7,700 nt of DNA from Zygnema circumcarinatum SAG 698-1b. Taxonomy: Eukaryota; Plantae; Zygnematophyceae. The notes under the pieces are model-generated. The model ran no database searches. It saw only the letters and a list, made by a program, of their open reading frames with translations, and was not told the DNA's origin. The stretch is taken from the NCBI GenBank assembly GCA_037447605.1, contig JBBHKD010000064.1, positions 1-7,700 on the forward strand, given 5' to 3'. Both the position numbers and the translations under genes were made by a program. Shown piece by piece: positions 1-7,700 of the stretch (its first letter is position 1; each line of letters begins with the position of its first letter).

Positions 1-1150
1 GGGTGAGCTACATGATCCTCCGTACCGAGGTCACATGGGAGTTGCCAAAACCCGTGAGGCACTGCTCCGAGAGTTCTGGTGGCTTGGACTCTCGAGGGAT
101 GTGAAAGCGTATGTACTGCGCTTGTCAACTTGTCAACAGAAACAAACCCCACGCCTTTGGCGGATTCTGGCGGTACTGACCCCTCACCTCCTTTCGGAAA
201 TGGGATAGTGTAGGTATGGACTTGATCAGACCTTCTGGCGTGACACCACCGGGGCATGACTCCATCCCTGCGTCTTTACAGCCGATCTGTTTCGGCCAAG
301 ATGGTGCATTTTGCACCAACTACTAAAACGGTGGGGCCGACGAGATTACGCGGTTATATGTTGACAAAGTGTGTGGAGCGGCATGGTCTTGATCCGAGGT
401 AATGTCGTAGTGATCCATGATTCACTTGGCCATTTTGGGCGGAAGTGCTCAAATCGTTGGGATAGCGGCGTTGAAGTGCGGCTTTCCGCGCAACCGATGT
501 GGCGGGCGGAGCGGGTGAAGCGGGGATCTGGAGGATACCTCCCACGGCATTATGTGGGACCTACCGGATGGGTGGGACGAAACTGCTCCCGATGGCGAGA
601 ATGCGCCATCAATAATGCTTTCGGGGAGTCCATTGGTACCACCCCTTTCTTCTTGAACTTTGGCGGCATCCTCCTACATCCCATGACGAAGGATCAGCCT
701 GATCAGAGTGGAACATCGAAACGTCCACGAACCCCGATCCTTGGGCGAGGAGGGTGATGGGACTCAACCTCCCGATCGAGATCTTTTATTAGACTAATAT
801 GCGAGGCAGCTGCGAGAGGAGCACGGCAGACCACACTAGCGGCCCGATCAGCGACAAAAGAGCCTATCTTTGACCGTCACCGTACCCAACTCACCTTCAA
901 CAAAGGCGATGAGGTGTTGCTAAGTACGGCAAACTTGAGACTCAAAGCTTATGGCGGAACACGTAAGCTATGGCCCCGCTTCATCGGACCTTTCAGGGTC
1001 AGGAAGCGAATCAATGATGTCGCTTACAGGTTGGATTTACCATCCCACATGAAGGTGCATCCGGTCTTTCATGTGGGTTTGCTAAAGGTCTACCGTAGCG
1101 ATGGGAGGATCCAACCACCTCCCCCACCAGTGGAACTTGAAGGTGAACTG

Positions 1151-1290
1151 GAGTATGAAGTGGAAAGCATTCAAGCCCACCGTCTTGTGAGAAAGGGTCG
1201 ATCTTCCCGTCACGAATACCTCGTGAAGTGGTTGGGCTATGGGGTTGAAAATAGCACATGGGAAGCCGAGGGCAACAACCAGTGCGAACT
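1151..1290 (+). other. Chromodomain at the integrase C-terminus (canonical, group I-like)
   Basis: EYEVESIQAHR...HEYLVKWLGYGVENSTWE in ORF 914..1495, preceded by a PPPPP linker; aromatic residues Y, W, Y are retained. Confidence 0.9.
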
Positions 1291-1483
1291 CATCAACTTA
1301 TGCTTGGGGCCGCGGGAGAGGCTGACGGCGGCCGCGGGGGTTCCGGACGTCAGCGCCTTTCGGAAAGGACGGCGGGATTGTCGGCCGAGCCTCGGTTATC
1401 CGCATGAAATTCGGCGCGTGCGGGTGGAAACTACGGTTGCCTTCTTACCCGCACCGCGTGAGCGAGGCGTTCACATCCCTCCT

Positions 1484-1495
1484 AAGGGGAAGTAA
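1484..1495 (+). promoter_or_regulatory. Polypurine tract of the Gypsy element
   Basis: AAGGGGAAGTAA directly followed by TGTAGC, downstream of the chromodomain. Confidence 0.75.
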
Positions 1496-1697
1496 TGTAG
1501 CAACACTCTGATCCTGCAGGGAGGTGTACTTAGAAGCGCTCCGTCCTAGTACTCACCCGGGCGCGGGCGGAGTGGCCAAGGCGTGGGGACCACGGGACGG
1601 GGAAGAGGATCACGGGATCGAACCTTGCGAGAAGGTTGCAAGGGTTGATGCAGCCTCGAGACATACCGTATGTCGCCCGTGTAGTCGAGGATCATGG
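1496..1697 (+). mobile_element. 5' part of the Gypsy 3' LTR, interrupted by the Copia insertion
   Basis: Starts TGTAG immediately after the PPT. No matching ...CTACA end occurs before 1698, and no partner LTR is in the window. Confidence 0.65.
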
Positions 1698-2717
1698 TGT
1701 TAGTGTTAGTGTATGATAGTTAGACATTGTATGGCACACACTAACTTGTTGTGGTACTCAGTTTGTAGAACATGAGATCTGCTAGGCGTAGTGCTCTTAG
1801 ATTTAGGAATGTGGGGTGCTCGGTGGAGTCTTGGCGAGTGCGCAAATGCGAGAAACGGCTTGTGTGATTGTAGGCGGCAGCCGACACATGTCTTGCTTGA
1901 GGAAACGGGCCAGCAACTTTGTCTGGTCGGCCTTTGACCCATGATTCGCGAAATACGGGCCTTGGCGCAACTTTGATTGTGAAATTCGTAGCGTGGCCAG
2001 CAGCTTATGGAAGCGCAAAAGTGCAGCCTTGAAGCGACATAAGATATTTAGCGGCCGGCGAATGCGCCACGTGGACCACTACATGATATTAGGTCAGCGA
2101 GTTGATGTCTGGCAGTGTCCTGGCTGGCGAAAGCCAGGAAGGAAGCGTGGCAGCTGGCGATATATGCGGGCGAGGTATGCAGTAAACAGAAACTAGGTGG
2201 CGGCTACGGAAACAGGTTTCTGAAGACGCAGCTAGCGATTACGGCCCATTCACAGTCGCCCACTTTCGGACTCGGTGCATGGGTTTTGCAATGGCGGACG
2301 CGGCGTGACATGTGTCACGTCACGGGCTGCTCATATTATAGTGCATAGTTTTTATTACATGGGAGTAACCCACACACTACTTTGTCATAGTCTGGGTCTT
2401 ATTACGTGCACCTTTCGTCTTTCTTTAGGCTGCCTACACTTGTAATAGGTGAGGTAGTGATGAGAGGGACCTTGAAGTAGTGGGAGAACTTCATTGGCCG
2501 GTTTTATTATAAGAGTTTTGAGCGTGAGCTTTCTCCTAACACTCATTGTGATTTCCAGCGTGCTTGTCTTGTAGCTTCATTACTGTTGTTATGGGGTGAG
2601 TGAAGTAAGATAGAGCTTTGAGTGTTTGAATAATGTCTTCATCAGGTGGAATAAGAAGTTCCAATGGAGGGCGACACCCAGGTGGCGCCGGAGGTAGAAC
2701 AAACCACAGCTTCAACA
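1698..2717 (+). repeat. Copia 5' LTR (1020 nt)
   Basis: Begins TGTTAGTGTTAGTGTATG and ends CTTCAACA. The first 50 nt are identical to 4540-4589 and collinear similarity continues throughout. Confidence 0.93.
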
Positions 2718-2850
2718 AGTGGTATGAGGCGGGTGGCGAGGAAGACCCACGTGAAGTTCAACATCAGTTGATGGTTCGGACTACAAGGGGCAGAATGGCG
2801 GCTGGTTCCCTTGCTCGTGGGCAAGAAACAGTCATATCAGTGTTGAACCT
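2633..2850 (+). pseudogene. gag: Copia Gag N-terminal remnant, apparently starting in the LTR
   Basis: Across frameshifts: MSSSGG / MEGDTQVAPEVEQTTASTSGMRRVARKTHVKFNI / DGSDYK / RMAAGSLARGQETVIS. This matches the Copia Gag N-terminal pattern K(F/L)DGxNYxxWxxxMxxxL by eye. Confidence 0.6.
2720..2731 (+). promoter_or_regulatory. Primer-binding site, degenerate tRNA-iMet type
   Basis: TGGTATGAGGCG lies 2 nt after the LTR end and resembles the canonical Copia PBS TGGTATCAGAGC. Confidence 0.75.
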
Positions 2851-2899
2851 CAGTCAAATCATGTGTGTGTGCATGCTATGTGGAGATGCTTAAACCGAA

Positions 2900-4470
2900 C
2901 TAATCTAGTACGAGGAAAAGAGTGCCTACGATTTCGAAGCGGACCTCGCGGGAGAGCGCCTTTATTTATGATCACCGAACCGCAAACCTTTGAGGAGGCT
3001 TTGTGAGGGGTCGATGGAGAGAAGTGGCGGCGGCGATCGGCGGCCGGAGGTGGAGACGATTTGCTAGAAAGGGAAGCGGCCGCATTGGCGACGAGGGCTG
3101 CGGGGAAGGAGGGCCATTGGTGCAGAGTGGGTGTTCCAGGAATTGAAGCGGAAAGCGGACGGGTGTCTACCGATACAAGAAGCGGCTGGTGGCGAAGGGC
3201 CGGCGGGCGGCTGGAATCGACTACACGGAGACCTGCCGCCCGAGTGAGGTAGTTCAACTCCTAGTGCCCACTAATATAGATTACTTGGCCCGGCCAGGGG
3301 ATACGTACATCAACTTCGATATCAAGGCTAGCGTTTACTGTCGCGGAGAATCTCATTTGAGAGATCTACATGGTACAGCGAAGGAAAAGTTGTCAGGCGA
3401 GGAGCATCTCGTTTGTCGTCTTGTGAAGAGTTTGTACGGACTGAAACAGGCGCCCAGGATTTGGTACGAGAAAATTGATGACCTCCTGCGGAGTAACGGA
3501 TTTGCGCGATTCGAGACGGATCATTCCGTGTACCGACAAGGAGAAGAGGCGGATCTCATGTACGTTGGGATCTACGTGGACGACCTCATAATGGTGAGCC
3601 TCTCATTGGAAGAATCGATGATTTAGGCGACTTTTGGAAGTAACTTCAAAATGTCGGATCTAGGGAGCCTTGATATCTCACAGGAATCTTGATTGAAGAG
3701 GCGGGGCGGTAGCTTATTTCTTTGTGTCGGAAGAAGTACGCCGCAAGTATACTTGCGGAGTTCAAAATGGAGAGTGCGTCCTTGTTCGGTCCGATGGAGA
3801 TCGGAATCTGCGATTATGAGAGATATGATACTGGCCCGGCAGAATGCGGAGAGTGAGAAGGGAATATGCTGCAGTCTTGCGTCTGGTGGCGTGGGAGTTT
3901 AATGTATCGATGATAGGTACTGCGTCACGACTTAGCGAAAAGCCGTGAATTTCGGCAAGTCGGTTCATGGAGAATCCCGGTCCTGAACATTGGGAGGCCG
4001 TGAAGCGGATTTTCAGATTCGTGAAAGGGACCTTGGATTACGGTCTCGAGATTTGAAAGGGCCAACGGTGATGGGTGCAGACTCGATTGGGAAGTGATGT
4101 GGACACGTCCGCGATCGGCGTCGAGTTGTGTTCTGAGCGGAGGAAGCGCGATCTCATGGAGCTCGAAGTTACAAGATTCGGTGGCGCTGTCGAGCACCGA
4201 AGGAGAGTACATGGGAGCGTGCCATGCAGCGAAGGAGGGGATGTGGTTCCAACATTTCTTTGATGAATGTAAGCAACCACAAACACCATTGACTCTTTTT
4301 ACGGACAACCAGTCATCTATAGCCCTCATGGAGAACCACGTGTTTCGCAAGAACCAAGCACATTAGGGTGCAATATCATTATGTCTTGAGTTGGTGAGGA
4401 AGGGATGATAGTGGTGAGAGTTTGTAGGAACAAAGAAGCGGGCTCTTGATTTATGTTGACCAAAATTGAT
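2900..4470 (+). pseudogene. pol: Copia pol remnant: integrase-RT linker, reverse transcriptase and RNase H, with many frameshifts and stops
   Basis: STRKRVP linker, EPQTFEEAL, RLVAKG...GIDYTET, VCRLVKSLYGLKQAPRIWY, YVDDL (3573), FKMSDLG, HWEAVKRIFRFVKGT, GGSAISWSSKLQDSVALSSTEGEYMGA, TDNQSSIAL and MLTK near 4453. Confidence 0.95.
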
Positions 4471-4530
4471 TAAGGAGACACTACTAGTGAGCAATGATTG
4501 ATTGGGCTGGGGCCCATGAGGCTGAGTCCC

Positions 4531-4539
4531 AAGAGGGAT
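4531..4539 (+). promoter_or_regulatory. Polypurine tract of the first Copia
   Basis: AAGAGGGAT immediately precedes the 3' LTR start TGTTAG. Confidence 0.75.
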
Positions 4540-5571
4540 TGTTAGTGTTAGTGTATGATAGTTAGACATTGTATGGCACACACTAACTTATTTGTGAATT
4601 TTCGGTTTGTAGAGCATGAGATCACGCTGGCGTGAGTGCCGTTGCAGGAATGTGATTGCTCACATTTCGAGGTGGAGTGCGCCTTGAGTCTTGTAGTCAC
4701 GAGCAGCTGGCCCGATTGGGCGGCAGCGGTGACACATGTGCCGCGGAGAGCAGGGCCGCCTTTGATTAGTCGAGCCGCGACCCAGCGGATTGATACTTGA
4801 GACGTAGCGCAACTTTAGAACCCAATTAGCGGCCTTGAGCGAAAGCAGCGGAAGCCTCGCAAAGTTCTTGCAGCCTTGAAACGACATAGAAGATATTTGG
4901 CGGCGAACGGGTCGCCCACGTGGACCACTAAGCAATGTGGGTCAGCGAGTTGAGGAAGTGTACGGCAGTGGCGGGCGAAGCGGGAAGGCTATTTGGCCCA
5001 GCTTGGCGATCTTTGTCGGACGGTGTGCGAGCGTGAACTGGAGTGGCTGCTTGGTAAGTTCTGAAGCTGACTAGCGGTCGCTATTCTGATGCGCTGGACT
5101 CGGTCATGGGTTTTGCAATGGCGGACGGGACGTGACATGTGTGTCACGTCACGGACGCCATATTATATAGTGCGTAGTTTTATTATGGGAAGAAACCCAC
5201 CTACACTACTTTGTCATAGTCTGCAGGAACCTTTGATACACGGTACTTTTGCTTTCGTCTTTGCTAGGCTGCCTACGCAGTAATGCGTGAGGTAGTGGTG
5301 AGAGGGACCTTGAAGTAGTGGGAGAACTTCATTGTGGTAAGACAGGTTTATTATAAGGAGTTTTTAGAAGTAGTGAGCTTTCTCCTAACACTCTCTCATT
5401 GTGATTTCCGCTGTGCTTGTCTTGTATCATCCGAATCTTGTTATGGGCGATGAGATAAGAAACATAGAGCTTTGAGTGTTTGAATGTCTTCATCCGTGGA
5501 ACTCAAGTTCCAATGGAGGCTGACACCCAAGGTAGCGCCCGGAGAGTGAAACAAACCCCACAACTTCAACA
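4540..5571 (+). repeat. Copia 3' LTR (1032 nt)
   Basis: Direct repeat of 1698-2717; begins TGTTAG and ends CTTCAACA. Confidence 0.93.
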
Positions 5572-5650
5572 CAATCGGACCCAGCGCCTGCGTATCCTAG
5601 CGGGATCCAGCGTGCACCGACGTCGCGGCGCGGCGCCAGCGCGGCGAGGC

Positions 5651-5980
5651 CCGCGGAAGCGTCCTCACGACCCTTTTGCCGGACGGTCCCGTGGCAGTCT
5701 GCCATTGGAATTTCCAGAAATCGCGAGCCCACATAAGCGTTGTGTCCTCACGACCCGCGCACGTTGAGGCGTCCACGTGGCAGTCTGCCGTGGAGATCCC
5801 ACCGCGTATACTGGCGGAGCCTACCGGAAAGCGTTGTCCTCAGCGCTGACCCTTTTGGGTGGGTGCATTGGAATCCCACCCGCTGGCGAATGGCGGCGAG
5901 TCCCTGCGGAAGCGTTATTTGTCCTCACGACGTTTGGGTCGATGTTGCCGCGTGGCAGTCTGCCATTGGACATCCCTGCT
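5651..5980. repeat. Degenerate tandem array, about 4 units of ~86 bp
   Basis: GTCCTCA, preceded by an AAGC motif, at 5661, 5744, 5836 and 5921 (spacing 83, 92, 85); CGTGGCAGTCTGCC at 5690, 5776 and 5951. Confidence 0.8.
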
Positions 5981-6049
5981 TCCGGTCCCCCATGCCGTTT
6001 ATTGCGTTGCCGTAGGCAAAAGCTTTGTCATCGTTTTGATCCGTACGCG

Positions 6050-6594
6050 AGTTCGATTATGTTGTGAAAGATTAATTTAATGAAAATGGGGTATAGTTCC
6101 CGCGAGTCTGACGTTGCCACGTCGCGCATCCGGAGTGCGTGGTCGTGGCGTTGGGTCGCATGCGCCGTAAATGGGGTATATTGCGTACTTATTGTGTCAT
6201 TGCCGCGTGGTTTCTCACGATACGGCGGTTGTTTGATGTTTTATTTGATTATGCAGTTCGGTTAGGTTGTGAATGATGAATTTAATGAAAATGGGGTATA
6301 GTTGCAGCGAGTCTGGCGTTGCCCGTCAGCAGCGTCCTGATTGGTTGTATGCGTTTGGTTGGATCCGAATCGCGAGAAAATGGGGTATATCGGCGTTCCC
6401 GATACATCGGTGCCGCGTGTCGTTTCTCACGTCTGACGGCGTTCGATTTTGCTGTTGTATGTGGTGTACGTATTCGGTTAGGTTGTGAATGATGAATTTA
6501 ATGAAAATGGGGTATAGTTTCCGCGAATCTGACGTTGCCACGTCGCGCGTCATGATTGGTTGTGCGTTTCGTCGGATCGAATGCGTAGAAAATG
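6050..6594. repeat. Tandem array, about 2.5 units of ~210 bp, truncated by the second Copia LTR
   Basis: AATTTAATGAAAATGGGGTATAGTT occurs three times (AAATGGGGTATA core at 6084, 6289, 6505) with shared flanks such as TTCGGTTAGGTTGTGAATGATG and TCTGACGTTGCCACGTCGCGC. Confidence 0.9.
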
Positions 6595-7580
6595 TGTTGT
6601 TGCAGCGCCCTCCCTTGGTGGGGCTGCCACTTCTCCTCTACCTTGGGTAGAACTCGACATCTTCAATGAATTGCTCAATCACACAAAGCACACAAGAGAA
6701 CAACTCAGCGGAAATATGAAAATGTAAGGGAAAATACCAGCCTAAAACTCCTTAAGATAAAGATGAAATACAACTTGACAACACTAGAGCCAAGCTTCAA
6801 GCACCTCTTCTCAAGCCACGTGAATAAACCACCCACTACAAGCTGAACTCTTCCCACACTATCTCCTTGGCCTAAGCGGGGTAACCTCCCCTCGAATGTG
6901 AATCACGAGGTTAACTTCACCAAACAATCTAAACCTTGAAAAATACAATATGAAGCCATTATTGACATTGACCGCGTCAGCCACGTACTGCGCACGGGCC
7001 ACTTATCCGGTCCGTCTGCGTCGGATCCTCAGCTTACGGATCCAGAAGCTACATCAATGCCGTCAATCATCGGCGCGCCATCCGAGTCCTCCACGTAGGT
7101 CGACTCCTCATTACTTGGCGTCATGTGGGACCCGTAGCCTCGAGCGCCGAGCCTGACGTACGGGCTTCAATTTAACCGACCACGTGGCCGCCAGGTCGCC
7201 CGCGTCCTCCAAAATGAATCATTCTTGACTCAGCCGATGATTACGCTCCCTTCGCTGGCGGTCAGCGCCCGGCGTCACTTCTCGATTTGTGGCGTCAGCG
7301 CCCGCGTCCTCCTGACTCATACGCCCAGCGCCCTCACCGACCAATGTCCGTACATTCGAGGTCCTGGCCTTACAATCGTACCCAGCGATTATCACAGGCG
7401 GTACGATGCCTTGCCTTGCCATCGGACTTCGCCCGGCGCTATCATACACCCTTAAAAAGACATATGCGGTGGCCTAGAGCCCCTCGTTACAATGTGGACG
7501 CACGAGCACACACCCCTCCTTAGAACGCATTACCAGCAACTTAGTGTACAGCAAGTCCTTAACTACTTTACACCCAAACA
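6595..7580 (-). mobile_element. 3' LTR (~986 nt) of a second, related Copia family in inverted orientation
   Basis: The minus strand starts TGTTTGGGTGTAAAGTAGTTAAGGAC after a PPT and ends CAACA. It shares collinear blocks with the first family's LTR: ACACTAA, CCACGTGG, TAAGGAGTTTT, ATTTCCGCTG, GCTTTGnGTGnTTGA and ACCCAAGGTAG. Length is similar. The end could alternatively be 6598. Confidence 0.8.
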
Positions 7581-7700
7581 TTCCCCTCTTGGTACTTAGT
7601 TCTCCATGATCTAGTTCCATGAGACCACTACTATTCTCTAGTGTCCCTACAACCAAATGAATGCTCCCTTGTCTAACAAGCTGCCCCTCTTGATCCAAAG
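7581..7700 (-). mobile_element. PPT (7581-7590) and 3' internal region of the second Copia, running off the window
   Basis: Minus-strand CCAAGAGGGGAA|TGTT parallels CCAAGAGGGAT|TGTT of the first element; an upstream GACACTA is also shared. Confidence 0.75.

Larger units (their letters stand above)
1..1495 (+). pseudogene. pol: Ty3/Gypsy (chromovirus) pol, C-terminal part: integrase plus chromodomain, frameshifted, 5'-truncated by the window edge
   Basis: Frame from nt 2 reads GELHDPPYRGHMGVAKTREALLREFWWLGLSRDVKAYVLRLSTCQ (HHCC zinc-binding region, first Cys lost). Core pieces across frameshifts: WDSVGMDLI (201), KMVHFAPTTKT (298), YLPRHYVGP and AINNAFGESIGTTPFFLNFG. Then FNKGDEVLLST-KLWPRFIGPFRV-AYRLDLP-HPVFHVGLLK, followed by a chromodomain. 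Confidence 0.95.
1698..5571 (+). mobile_element. Ty1/Copia LTR retrotransposon, both LTRs present, internally deleted (lacks most of gag, protease and integrase)
   Basis: Direct repeats of ~1 kb with TGTT...AACA ends, PBS after the 5' LTR, PPT before the 3' LTR and Copia-type RT/RNase H between them; the internal region is only 1822 nt. Confidence 0.93.

Noticed and set aside
1291-1495. C-terminal extension of ORF 914..1495 as an extra domain
   Set aside because: No recognisable motif; most likely frameshift read-through into the untranslated region before the PPT.
1693-1697. 5-bp target-site duplication of the first Copia
   Set aside because: Left flank CATGG versus right flank CAATC (5572-5576) match at only 2 of 5 positions.
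1698-1712. Telomere-like TTAGTG repeat
   Set aside because: Only two copies, and it is simply the LTR terminus, repeated at 4540.
1706-2536. Short ORFs within the LTR on both strands (also 4660-5283 and 6950-7523)
   Set aside because: Frames are not conserved between LTR copies and have no recognisable domains.
2859-4350. Minus-strand ORFs of 132, 68, 141 and 83 aa
   Set aside because: Antisense shadows of the RT/RNase H coding sequence.
5651-5980. CRISPR-like array (palindromic repeat at regular spacing)
   Set aside because: The intervening sequences are homologous to each other rather than unique spacers, the repeats are degenerate, there are no cas genes, and the context is eukaryotic retrotransposons.
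5480-6553. ORFs over the tandem arrays, including the repeated MKMGYS peptides
   Set aside because: Explained by DNA repeats; the units diverge by frameshifts with no sign of protein-level conservation.
5572-6594. 3' end of the Gypsy LTR
   Set aside because: No terminus complementary to TGTAG (CTACA) was found here, so assigning this spacer to the Gypsy LTR remains unproven.

Overview
Eukaryotic nested LTR-retrotransposon cluster; no host gene or RNA gene is supported. (1) 1-1697 (+): 3' end of a degenerate Ty3/Gypsy chromovirus pol (integrase HHCC, core, GPF/SH3-like region, chromodomain), its polypurine tract (PPT) and the start of its 3' LTR. (2) 1698-5571 (+): a two-LTR Ty1/Copia element (LTRs 1698-2717 and 4540-5571) with PBS and PPT. 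It is internally deleted: a short Gag N-terminus is joined to frameshifted RT-RNase H, with no protease or integrase. (3) 5572-6594: spacer with an ~86-bp tandem array carrying a palindrome and an ~210-bp tandem array. (4) 6595-7700 (-): 3' LTR and PPT of a second, diverged but homologous Copia, inserted into the 210-bp array and facing the first. The most unusual signal is that both Copia families carry an ATG-initiated MSSS...TQ... frame in the last 66-88 nt of the LTR. In the first element the frame from the downstream ATG at 2664 runs through the PBS to the Gag motif, so Gag seems to start inside the LTR. Short indels are dense, so reconstructions are by eye and sequencing error cannot be excluded. 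I found no convincing evidence of a wholly new biological system beyond these retroelement peculiarities.
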